Source: Candidatus Methylomirabilis sp. (GTDB lineage: Bacteria; Methylomirabilota; Methylomirabilia; Methylomirabilales; Methylomirabilaceae). From it: a stretch of DNA of 24,449 bases. The stretch's first letter is position 1. Each line of letters begins with the position of its first letter. The notes under the pieces are model-generated. The model was given only the letters and a program-made list of their open reading frames with translations, was not told the DNA's origin and searched no databases. The stretch covers positions 1 to 24,449 of the forward strand of contig JBGQJI010000029.1 of assembly GCA_041498975.1 (NCBI GenBank), read 5' to 3'. Shown here piece after piece: positions 1 to 8,793 of this stretch. The position numbers were made by a program, and so were the translations under genes.

Positions 1-479
1 AAGCAGTGGGGCCGCACGCAGGCCGCGCGGTTGAACCTGAACAGGACATGGGTGGGGCAGACCAGCCAGTACTCGTGCATCGTGTAGAGCTTGATGCCGG
101 TGCCGTACTCCAGGATCTTGGGGCCGCCGACCAGCGAGATGTTGTGGTAGTGGATGACGTCAAAGCCTCTGTCCAGAATCTGCCGCATGCGCGTCGCCTT
201 GAAGAAGGGGACCCCGGTCTGCTGGGTGGCCAGGGGGGAGAGCAGGCCGACCGGGCTCTTCAGCCCGTGGACGGTCACGTTGGGATGATCGTCATAGGGC
301 GTCACCGGCTGCTGTCGGGCTAGCAGGCGGTACGCATCGATGCAGTGGATCACCTCCACCCGATGCCCCCTTTGCGCCAGCGCATTGGACAGGCGGTGGA
401 CAAAGACCCCATCCCCCCCGAAGTTGTACGGGGGGTAGAAAGTCGTGATCATGCAAAAGCGGAGGGGGCGCACGCTCAT
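1..479 (-). CDS. Glycosyltransferase family 4 (GT-B), N-terminal part; runs off the window start
   Basis: Not in the ORF track because no stop lies in the window. Hand translation from ATG 479 gives MSVRPLRFCMITTFYPPYNFGGDGVFVHRLSNALAQRGHRVEVIHC...FDVIHYHNISLVGG...MHEYWLVCPTH, a close paralog of 2245..3480. Confidence 0.9.
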   Translation of the reverse strand, partial: MSVRPLRFCMITTFYPPYNFGGDGVFVHRLSNALAQRGHRVEVIHCIDAYRLLARQQPVTPYDDHPNVTVHGLKSPVGLLSPLATQQTGVPFFKATRMRQILDRGFDVIHYHNISLVGGPKILEYGTGIKLYTMHEYWLVCPTHVLFRFNRAACVRPHC

Positions 480-489
480 CTGCCGTGTA

Positions 490-1260
490 CTACCGCCGTG
501 CCTCGGCTTTTACCGCCCTGACCGTGATCAACACTTCATAATCGGGGTCACAGTGATCCAACTCCTCCTCGCGCAGGTCCTCCGCCGCCAGTCCATAGAG
601 AAAGGCGGTCGCCGCAAAGACATTCCCATACACCCTGAGCCTCACGTTCTCTGCCGGAAAGGCTTCCCGGAACAGCCGATGCGCCGAATCGCATGTCAAC
701 CGCCAGTACTCGCCCCAGGGGTCCACGCCCTCGCGGCGGCTGATCTTGCTGAGGCCGTGGGTGGTCACCAGCAGCACGCCGCCCGGCTTCAGGATGCGAT
801 GGAGATGACGCAATGCGGCCCGCACATCGTAGATCATCTGAAGCGTCTGGATCAAGATGATGCTGTCGAAGGTCTCCGACGGCACCCGGTCGGCGCAGGT
901 CAAATCCGCCACGATGGTCGCCTTCGGGTTGCCCGCGGCCACATGCAGCACGTCGGTCTTGGTGACGCGGTCGCCTCCGAACCTTCGAGTATAGGAGTCG
1001 TCCCCGATCTCCAGCACATGCCCCCTGATGTCACGGCTGTGGGCGGAGAGGAACTGTCCGATGTAGTAACGGTCGATCGGCAGGCCCCGCTCAAACCCGA
1101 AAATCCGGCTGATCGGCGTCAGCCGCCGCAGGTTGCCAAACTGCACCGTCCCCGCCCGGGGCCACTGGATCCGGTGCCGCCGCTGCTGCGCGCGCACCCA
1201 CCGACGAACCTCGCCGGGCATCAGCGCTTCTGCGAGCGCTCTCATCCAATCGCTTCGCAT
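490..1260 (-). CDS. Class I SAM-dependent methyltransferase-fold protein of the type found in glycosyltransferase clusters
   Basis: Motifs GLPIDRYYI, VLEIGDD (atypical motif I), ADLT, FDSIILIQTLQMIYD and LHRILKPGGVLLVT. An alternative ATG at 1245 overlaps the cmoA stop as ATGA. Confidence 0.85.
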   Translation of the reverse strand: MRSDWMRALAEALMPGEVRRWVRAQQRRHRIQWPRAGTVQFGNLRRLTPISRIFGFERGLPIDRYYIGQFLSAHSRDIRGHVLEIGDDSYTRRFGGDRVTKTDVLHVAAGNPKATIVADLTCADRVPSETFDSIILIQTLQMIYDVRAALRHLHRILKPGGVLLVTTHGLSKISRREGVDPWGEYWRLTCDSAHRLFREAFPAENVRLRVYGNVFAATAFLYGLAAEDLREEELDHCDPDYEVLITVRAVKAEARR

Positions 1261-2039
1261 CGAATGGGCTTTCCCCTTCTCTTGTCGCGCCGAACCGATG
1301 GTAATGGCTTCACGCAGAGGAACCCGGCAAAGTTATACCATTGGAAGAAGGTCTCGACGATCTGAAAGCCATTGCGTCGAAACAGCTCAAGGTTTTCATC
1401 GATGCGGTACGGGATGAGCACGTTCTCGAGGGCTTCCCTCTTGCGCAAAATTTCCTCCTCAGAGTAGCGGTTTCGCCGCTTGAAATCGTAGTAGAAGTCG
1501 TTGAAGAAGCGATTCATGTGCGTGTCGTTGGTCAGAACCTTCTCCGTCACCACCAGCGCGCCGCCTTCGACCAGTCCGTTCGAGATCCACTTGATCAGGT
1601 TGTCCCTGCGCAAGGGGTTGATGAATTGCAGCGTCCAGCACGTCGTCACCACGCTGGCGTTCTCCAGGAATAACTGAGAGAGGTCTCCATTGAGGTCGCC
1701 ATATCGCACCTCGATCCGATCCTCGAACCCGGTCTCCTTGATTTTGCGCTTCGCCCGCTCGAGCATCGGGATGGAGCTATCGTACCCGATCAGGCGTGCC
1801 GGCCCCTCGATCTCTCGACACAGATTGATCAGGGTGGTGGCGGTAGAGCACCCCAGGTCGTAGATATCCGTACCCTCAAGCCAAAATCTTCTCCCGATTT
1901 CCGTGATTATGTATTGCTGCTCAAGGTAGAACGGGATGCTGCGCACCAGCATGTCGTCGAATACCTCGGCGACCTCGGCGTTGAACTCGAACTCACTCGG
2001 CCGCGCTGCGGTTTTCAGAAACACCTCATCCCGCCTCAT
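1242..2039 (-). CDS. cmoA: Carboxy-S-adenosyl-L-methionine synthase (CmoA family)
   Basis: Colinear by eye with E. coli CmoA: VAEVFDDMLVRSIPFY, YDLGCST, ENASVV, TLQF, GGALVVTEK, DFKRRNRYSEEEI, KREALENV, FQWYNF. Strong RBS (GAGGAGG) upstream. Confidence 0.9.
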   Translation of the reverse strand: MRRDEVFLKTAARPSEFEFNAEVAEVFDDMLVRSIPFYLEQQYIITEIGRRFWLEGTDIYDLGCSTATTLINLCREIEGPARLIGYDSSIPMLERAKRKIKETGFEDRIEVRYGDLNGDLSQLFLENASVVTTCWTLQFINPLRRDNLIKWISNGLVEGGALVVTEKVLTNDTHMNRFFNDFYYDFKRRNRYSEEEILRKREALENVLIPYRIDENLELFRRNGFQIVETFFQWYNFAGFLCVKPLPSVRRDKRRGKPIRCEAIG

Positions 2040-2244
2040 TTCAACGCCTCCCTCTCGGCATCCAGACCCCAGCAGTGCAGACCCAGGCGAAGTGCCCTCT
2101 TGGCGGTTCCCCGGTGTTGCATGATGTCATCTTCCCGGCATGACCCGCAGCTCCGATATCAGAAGGTGCTCGATCCCTTTCCTCGATTTCTTGTCGCGAG
2201 TCCTCTGCCATATCGGACCGCAGCAACGTCGGCGCGAAAATGCC

Positions 2245-3480
2245 TCAGCCGAGCGGTTGGCCCTTTTTCGCTGCGATCTCACGAATCAGCGCAAGGTACC
2301 GCTCCATATGAACTTCGGCCGTCCAGTTCCGCCGGTAACCCTTATAGCCACACAACCCCAGTTCACGCCGGGATGACGGGTCCGCCAATAACCGGTCCAT
2401 CGCTGCGACGAGCTCGCCCTCGGTGGCATAGACGAATCCGCCATTGCTCTCTGCGATAATCTCCGGCATTCCACCCAGGTTCCTGACAATCGCCGGCGTT
2501 TGCTGCCTGAAGGCCTCAAGAATTACCAGCGGGAAGACTTCGAAGCAGATGGATGGGACAATCACAGCCACAGCCTGTCGGTACAGGGCCTGCAGTGGCC
2601 GCTCGGACAGGTGGCCCAGGAAGCGGATGTTCACGCTATCCTTGGCTACCTCCCGCAATTCGGGCTCATAGGTGCCCCTCCCAGCGACCAACAACTTTGC
2701 CTTGCGGTAGTGACGGAACACGGGAATGAGCGTCTGCAGACCCTTGACCTTCTCCAGGCGTCCAACGAAGAGGAAAAAAGGCTCCTCCGACGCCTCGCCC
2801 ACAGACTGTTCGGAGGCTGCCGCCGCCGAGGACACGAATAGGGGCAGTTGGACAATGGGAACGTCGAGCCCCGCTTGCTTATGCTTGTCCATGCTGAAAC
2901 GGGTCGGAGCAATAAAGGCATCCACATGCTTGACCGAATCTTCCAGGAGGCCGAGATTCCTCCACCACTGCGGCGGGCGCTTATAAGTGAGGCTGCAGAG
3001 GAAGCAGCGCGGCCGGATGCACGGGGCGCGGTTGTATCGGAAGAGCACATGGGTGGGGCATATCAACCAGTACTCATGCATCGTGTAGAGCTTGATGGCT
3101 TGGCCGTACTCCAGGATCTTAGGCCCGCCAACCAGCGAGATGTTGTGGTAGTGGATCACGTCGAAGCGCATGTCGAGGATCTGGCGGATGCGGCCCGATT
3201 TGAAGAACGGATAGCCAGTCTGCTGAGTGGCCAGCGGCGAGAGAAAGCCGAACGGGCTCCTGAGCCCGTGGACGGTCACATTCGGATGATCGTCGTACCG
3301 TTCCGCCGGCTCCCGGCGGGCTCTCAGGCGGTATGCGTCGATACAGTGGATCACCTCCACCCGATGCCCGCGCCGCGCCAGTTCGTTGGCCAGGCGGTGC
3401 ACGAAGATCCCATCTCCCCCAAAGCTGTAGGGCGGATAAAACGTCGTGACCATGCAGAAGCGCAGCGGTCGCTCCATCAT
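2245..3480 (-). CDS. Glycosyltransferase family 4 (GT-B)
   Basis: N-terminal FYPP..GG, FVGRLEKVKG, and the E-x7-E motif EVFPLVILEA followed by GGMPEII. Start overlaps the deacetylase stop as ATGA. Confidence 0.92.
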   Translation of the reverse strand: MMERPLRFCMVTTFYPPYSFGGDGIFVHRLANELARRGHRVEVIHCIDAYRLRARREPAERYDDHPNVTVHGLRSPFGFLSPLATQQTGYPFFKSGRIRQILDMRFDVIHYHNISLVGGPKILEYGQAIKLYTMHEYWLICPTHVLFRYNRAPCIRPRCFLCSLTYKRPPQWWRNLGLLEDSVKHVDAFIAPTRFSMDKHKQAGLDVPIVQLPLFVSSAAAASEQSVGEASEEPFFLFVGRLEKVKGLQTLIPVFRHYRKAKLLVAGRGTYEPELREVAKDSVNIRFLGHLSERPLQALYRQAVAVIVPSICFEVFPLVILEAFRQQTPAIVRNLGGMPEIIAESNGGFVYATEGELVAAMDRLLADPSSRRELGLCGYKGYRRNWTAEVHMERYLALIREIAAKKGQPLG

Positions 3481-3810
3481 CGCGCGCTGAGGACTCCGAG
3501 GGACACGGCCCGGCGGAGCCGCCGGGGGATGCTGCGCGCCCTGATGTACCAGGGGAACAGACGCGTCGGCACCAGCGCGAAGAGCCGCTCGGTCCGGAGG
3601 TAGTAGGCATCCACGCGCTCGAGGGCGTAGGGGTCGCTCCGTAAGGTGACCAGGCCGAGCCGGTCGGAGCAGGCGCAGGCGAAGTGCTCGCGCACGAGGG
3701 CGCGGGAGCGCGCGTCGGAGCGCCCGTAGGGGTAGGCGAAGGTCGTAACCGGGGTGCCCATGGCCTCCTGGAGGATCGCCTGCGCGTCACAGACCTCCGC
3801 CCGGAGGCGG
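3431..3810. repeat. Direct repeat copy 1 (~380 bp), covering the deacetylase 3' half and the first codons of the GT4
   Basis: Matches 24045..24424 at offset 20614, with about 10 mismatches by hand count. Confidence 0.95.
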
Positions 3811-4247
3811 GCGGGGGGCAGCCGGGTCAGGTCCGGGTGGGTGCACGTGTGGGCGCCCAAGGTGAGCCCCGCCTGCTGCAGCACCCGGATCTCGCCCCAG
3901 CTCAGCATGGGCCGCCCGGTGAGGGCGGGCAGCCGCGCGGTCGGCGTCCGGGGCCCCCGGGGGCCCACCGTGAGGAACACCGTGGCCGTCATGCCGTAGC
4001 GCTGCAAGACTGGGAGCGCCTCCTCGTAGACGCTCCGGTAGCCGTCGTCGAAGGTGAGGACGACGGCCCGGGGCGGCCAGGGTGCCCCCCGGCGCAGGCC
4101 GGCGACGGCCTCCAGGAGGCTGCATGTCCGGTACCCGGCGGCGTGCAGCCGGGCGAGGCCCTGGCGGAAGACGGCCGGGGGGACCGCGAGGACCGCGGGG
4201 GCCTCCTCGAGGGCATGGAAGGTCAGGATGGGGAGGGCGGGGGACAT
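3477..4247 (-). CDS. Polysaccharide deacetylase (NodB/CE4 family)
   Basis: CE4 motifs PILTFH, VLTFDDGY, GAHTCTHPDL and FAYPYG. Confidence 0.93.
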   Translation of the reverse strand: MSPALPILTFHALEEAPAVLAVPPAVFRQGLARLHAAGYRTCSLLEAVAGLRRGAPWPPRAVVLTFDDGYRSVYEEALPVLQRYGMTATVFLTVGPRGPRTPTARLPALTGRPMLSWGEIRVLQQAGLTLGAHTCTHPDLTRLPPARLRAEVCDAQAILQEAMGTPVTTFAYPYGRSDARSRALVREHFACACSDRLGLVTLRSDPYALERVDAYYLRTERLFALVPTRLFPWYIRARSIPRRLRRAVSLGVLSAR

Positions 4248-4852
4248 GAGCCCTTTCTAACCTCGTCCGAATCAGCCTGCTCTACATCCAGGTTGCCCTG
4301 AGCCAGCATCGTAACGGCTTTCTACGTTCTCTCTTCTTCGACAAACTCGACCTGAACCGTCTGAAGGTGGAAGCAGATTCTTTCCACCGCGACGAGGTGG
4401 GGGCGAAGCACAGAAACTGCGGGCGGATCATTGTTCAATGGTGCTTTTCTCGACTGGCATGATTCTTGTTTGTGACCGGTAATGGGAGTTCCCGAATGAT
4501 TCCTCATCTGAACACCTTGGTTTGCTGTAGGCCTAGGGCGTGCCTCCCGTGATCCGCCAGGGGCGCATTTTCGACCGCGAGCGCACACCCTGCCTAAATG
4601 CCTCGATACGAAGTCATCTCCACATCCGCAACCCCCCATTATCAAGCACATTCCTCGCACGTCTCCAAGAAGCTGCGGCGCTGAGTCGGGCAGGCTGACA
4701 CGCAAGCCCAAGGACCCAGGCGGGGCCCGTGGCCGCAACAGGAGATCCTTGCGACATATCTCTTGCCGATAGGGCGGTGTCCTCGCCAGACAACTGACGA
4801 CGACTACGCTCTCACGCCGAAGGCGGGGTAGGACGTCTGCACTCTTCCAACC

Positions 4853-6166
4853 TCATCGGAACCTGCGTTCTTGCCGATTAGGTTCAGCGTGTTGCAACCT
4901 CTTGAGTGGCGGCCGGAGATTGCGGAAGAAAGCCTGTAGGAATCGCCAGAGTCCGACAGCTAGGGGGAGAGGGTCGTCCCATGCTCCGATAGCTCTGGCC
5001 TTCGTTCCGCGGAGCGAGCGAAGCCAACTCCCGAGGGTGAGGGACCCGGACTTGCGAAGGGTGAGATAGGCTTGGACGTCCCATTCTTCGTTGACACCCT
5101 TGACTCCCGGACGGAAGCAGCTAGGGGTTCCGCTGCCAGGATCGAATCCAGCCAGATACTGGTATCCAATCCAGGGGAAATCGACACCCGCACTTATCGC
5201 CAACTGATTCGACGAATGGGTCCTGGCGTTGACTTCCATCAGGCGATAGGTATGGTCTCGGGCGTCGAACTTGAATTCCACGCCGACGAAGCCCCGATAG
5301 TTGATTGTTCGCAGGAGACTACGGCTCAGCGCAGCCACCTCTGGCGCTTCGACGGTGATGTGTAACGAGCTATCTCCGTAAAGGGGAGGATACTGGCGAA
5401 GCTTTCGCTTGGTTAACCAAGCCAGCTCGCGGCCTTCAGCGCCCCAAAATGCCAGATAGTCAAAGATGGCATGATCCCCGCCCGGGATAATCTCCTGCAC
5501 CATGAAGAGTGTGTCGCCACCGCTGACCCGTGCGTACTCCGAAATCAGTTCCGCCGGCGAGTGGACCACAACAACCTTCTTGCCCAACTTCCTGCGGCCT
5601 ATATGCGATTTGTACGGTTTGAGCAGGCAGGGATAGGGGACATCCGCTGATAGGCGTCGCACCTCTTCGACTGACTCGGGGAAATAGGTCCTCGGGATCG
5701 GGGTCCCCGCTGCTTGAGCGATACCGTACTGGAGCCGCTTGTTTACGATCCGCTCCACCGTCTCAGGATCGGGAACAATGAACCGGAAGTGACGCCGGAG
5801 TATTTCCGCATGCTGAGAAACCAGCAGGCAGTACACATCTGATGCCGGGAAGAGGATACCAGGAGCGTTCAGCCGTGAACCCAGGAATTGCAGCAGGTCG
5901 ATCCATTCCTGCGGATGTTCGTCGGCCGGTCGGAGCAGGATCACTTTGCCAAAGCGCGTGTAGGTTCCGATCAAACGGTCGCTGTCCAACATGAGCGTTG
6001 GGACCCGGCGTCTTCCCAGGCTCCGCACGAAGCTGAGGCCGTTGACAGAACCATCCAGGATGATCGCAGGTGGGGCCATCCCATGGCAATTCCTGAGCCA
6101 TTCTTCGATCTTCTTGGCGGCGTAAGGCGCATTTCCAGCCAATTGGTTCCTCAGGAGGATCTCCAA
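4853..6166 (-). CDS. ATP-grasp carboxylate-amine ligase (D-aspartate-ligase-like)
   Basis: GLSFVRSLGR, LFPASD, PCLLKP, MVQEIIPG, KLRQYP, VEFKFD...LMEVNAR. Start is uncertain (TTG 6166 or ATG 6079). Confidence 0.85.
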   Translation of the reverse strand: MEILLRNQLAGNAPYAAKKIEEWLRNCHGMAPPAIILDGSVNGLSFVRSLGRRRVPTLMLDSDRLIGTYTRFGKVILLRPADEHPQEWIDLLQFLGSRLNAPGILFPASDVYCLLVSQHAEILRRHFRFIVPDPETVERIVNKRLQYGIAQAAGTPIPRTYFPESVEEVRRLSADVPYPCLLKPYKSHIGRRKLGKKVVVVHSPAELISEYARVSGGDTLFMVQEIIPGGDHAIFDYLAFWGAEGRELAWLTKRKLRQYPPLYGDSSLHITVEAPEVAALSRSLLRTINYRGFVGVEFKFDARDHTYRLMEVNARTHSSNQLAISAGVDFPWIGYQYLAGFDPGSGTPSCFRPGVKGVNEEWDVQAYLTLRKSGSLTLGSWLRSLRGTKARAIGAWDDPLPLAVGLWRFLQAFFRNLRPPLKRLQHAEPNRQERRFR

Positions 6167-6326
6167 CCCGTCCCGCTCAACCTGAACATCGCGGACCGTC
6201 CGATAATTGTCAGTCTCGGCTCCTCAGAGCTCAAAAATCAGGTCGGGTGAATCGGGTACGACCCCTCCCGGTTATGATCCCATGCAAACCAGGTTCCGCA
6301 GCCAAGTGGACGGAGCCGATCAGCGA

Positions 6327-7580
6327 TCAACTTCCCGAGGAGAGGCCCTCAGCGGGCAGAAAATCCCTCCGTTCACTCTTGCCTTGCGTCCTGCTCCTCC
6401 AGGACCACCATATCCGATTTGCGATATATTTCAATGGCCGATACACGTAGTAGAAGGGCAACAGCCACGCGTGGCGGACGTGGTAGGCCCAACGCAGATG
6501 GCTTGCCGAAGGGAAAAGCATCCAGGCTACGACACGAACTCGAGGGCCCCAACCATTGGTTCTCCTGATCAGCCCCTTTAACTCTCCACGCGTGACCGCC
6601 AGCGCCGCAAATAAAGCGACCTCTCGACCGATGGCGTCCGTGCGTGAAGCAGCCACCCTCAAGCGTCCCAAAACGGCCGCAGGAATCTGAGCATTTAGAC
6701 CCTCCGCTAGATAACCAACCGTCACGGATAGCGGCAGTGCCAGATGGCTGCGGAGGGCACATTCCAGGAAAACGTCCCAGTCCAGATTCGGATGACAAGC
6801 CACGATATGCCAGGCATCGCACACCCACTGCAGCGACTGGTTGCTGCCGGAACAAGATGGCAGGCCACAGACGTGGAGGAGATTGTCGGCCGGTGAGAGG
6901 ACGCGCGTTGAAACGCCCGCAACGACCTGAGTCTGACTGCGTGCCCGCATGTCTGCTAATGGCGGACTGTAGTACGGTATTCGAAACAGACGGGCGTGCA
7001 GCTCAAGGGGAAGGCCGGACTCATGCGTGAGCTTCACGTGATCCTGGCCAGCACCAGACTCTTTCCCTGAGAGCGTAAATCCTAGTGGAGACAACATGCT
7101 GGCAGCACGTAAAAGATCACCCTCTTCTAGGAGAATATCGATATCATGGCTGTGACGAAGCGCCGGATCACCGTACACACTTTCCCCAAGCGCAGCGCCC
7201 TTGACCAGGATCTGCGAAACCCCTGCGCTAGTCAGCGTGGTGAGAACCTCCCGGAGGATGCGGGAATAGATCTTGGTACGCAACTCTTCTTTCAAAGAGG
7301 CAGTTCGTAGATACGTTAACAGCGAGTCGTCAACCACCGCACCGGTTCGTCGCAGTGCGACAAGCAGGAGGGGCGCCACCGTCTTGACCCCCTGTCTATC
7401 ATCTCCCAACAAGGCCCTAGGATCACCGGCTCTCTCCCGCCACACACCCCATGCTTTGCGTCCCGAGTCGCCGGAGTAGAGACAAGCACGCAGCAGCCAT
7501 GTCTGCTCCTCCGTTGGCAGGATAGCCGACAGGGTATCCGAAAGCGGAGGTTGCTCAAAAGCCGCTTCCCTCAGGCGCAT
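6327..7580 (-). CDS. Nucleotidyltransferase family protein (NTP_transf_5-like)
   Basis: LVKGAAL...YGDPALRHSHDIDILL, LELHARLF, WVCDA, LDWD. ATG 7580 with GAGGG upstream is preferred over the 7613 start in the ORF track. Confidence 0.85.
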   Translation of the reverse strand: MRLREAAFEQPPLSDTLSAILPTEEQTWLLRACLYSGDSGRKAWGVWRERAGDPRALLGDDRQGVKTVAPLLLVALRRTGAVVDDSLLTYLRTASLKEELRTKIYSRILREVLTTLTSAGVSQILVKGAALGESVYGDPALRHSHDIDILLEEGDLLRAASMLSPLGFTLSGKESGAGQDHVKLTHESGLPLELHARLFRIPYYSPPLADMRARSQTQVVAGVSTRVLSPADNLLHVCGLPSCSGSNQSLQWVCDAWHIVACHPNLDWDVFLECALRSHLALPLSVTVGYLAEGLNAQIPAAVLGRLRVAASRTDAIGREVALFAALAVTRGELKGLIRRTNGWGPRVRVVAWMLFPSASHLRWAYHVRHAWLLPFYYVYRPLKYIANRIWWSWRSRTQGKSERRDFLPAEGLSSGS

Positions 7581-7801
7581 TGAAATACGCCCTCGAACGT
7601 GTGATCGACACAAGGCCCCATCATTACCGCGATACCCTTACTCACACCAGTGCAGCGCGAGGAACTGACCCAACCAAGCGCCGCCAGCATATCAGTTGCC
7701 TGCCCCAGGCCACAGGGCCGAGCGCGAAAGCCGGCCGTGATCTCCTCGGTTTCATCGGTTTCTCCCGATCCCATTCTCACGGTTACCATCCCCCAGTCAC
7801 A

Positions 7802-8485
7802 TTATGGCGTACGGCAACGTTGACGCCTGACCGAGTCTCTCAAAACGTTCAGAAGGTTGTCGTGGAAGTCTCGGGAACTATACGTGGTGTTGGCGTCGTG
7901 CATGCGTTTCTGAACCAGTACCTGGGGAATAACGCCCATTGGCACGTCCATATCCTTGGCCTTGGCGTACCAGTCAACGTCTTCCGCTGTAGTGTACTCC
8001 GGGTTGAATCTTCCCACGAGGCCGAACACTGATCTGCGCGCCACCAGTGTTTCCATCATGCGGCCGACATGGTCGCCTTCCAGTAACTCCTCCTTGAACC
8101 TGGATGGGACGTGCACCCCTGGTTCGAGAAAGAATTTTACCCTTGTAACAGTGTATTGGATTTCCGGATGACGAGTCATATAGCCGATCTGGAGGGCCAA
8201 TTTGTTGGGCATCCACAGATCGTCGTGCGAGAGAAATGCAAAGAACTCCCCATCAGCAGCGTCAATACCGACGTTCCAAGCGTCACCAACACCCCGATTG
8301 GTTTGTCGGATATATCGAACGACTCCATACGATCTAGCGATCTCGGCAGTCCTGTCAACCGACTGACCATCTACGACGATGAGCTCGATTGGCTTATAGT
8401 TCTGCTGAAGAACGCTGTCAATTGCCGAGGCCAAGAAGCGCTCACCGTTCTTTACCGCGATGATTGCGCTCACCAAAGGCCCCAT
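7802..8485 (-). CDS. Glycosyltransferase family 2 (GT-A), the most divergent paralog
   Basis: LVSAIIAVKNGERFL, VVDGQSVD, AFLSHDDLW, EDVDW. ATG 8485 has GAGGAGG upstream. Confidence 0.9.
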   Translation of the reverse strand: MGPLVSAIIAVKNGERFLASAIDSVLQQNYKPIELIVVDGQSVDRTAEIARSYGVVRYIRQTNRGVGDAWNVGIDAADGEFFAFLSHDDLWMPNKLALQIGYMTRHPEIQYTVTRVKFFLEPGVHVPSRFKEELLEGDHVGRMMETLVARRSVFGLVGRFNPEYTTAEDVDWYAKAKDMDVPMGVIPQVLVQKRMHDANTTYSSRDFHDNLLNVLRDSVRRQRCRTP

Positions 8486-8793
8486 CAATTCCCTGATCCC
8501 TCCTCGTGCACTCCGCACTCCTATCGGCGACCTCTCAGCAATGAATGGCAAGGTGCGGCCGCACGTTCTGTCTCCGACCTTGGCAAACATGTGATCTTGC
8601 CCATACCCTCCAGATCATCATTCATGCTGACCCGAGGATCGCTCGTACGAGGCGGTACCGCAGGATCGTCTTGGCACTCAGTGTCTCTCCTCTGTGCCCC
8701 AGCAGACAAGCTCCAACATGTGAAACCTTCGCGACGCGCGGCAGAAACAGGCTCCGGGGAATGCAGACTCCCCGATGTGCCAGCTCAAGCCGC

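Noticed and set aside
490..497. GGCGGTAG on the minus strand resembling an ops/JUMPstart element
   Set aside because: It is simply the Arg-Arg-stop end of the methyltransferase gene, lacks the downstream TG, and is not in an operon leader.
445..1365. Long plus-strand ORFs antisense to real genes (for example 445..1365, 2848..3603, 3684..4301, 8111..8857, 17213..17854)
   Set aside because: They are shadows of GC-rich minus-strand genes with clear family motifs and show no recognisable domains.
4250..4850. 600-nt gap containing a 138-aa minus-strand ORF (4322..4738) and short inverted repeats
   Set aside because: No recognisable motif, RBS or leader signature. It could be a decayed gene, but I cannot support that from the sequence.
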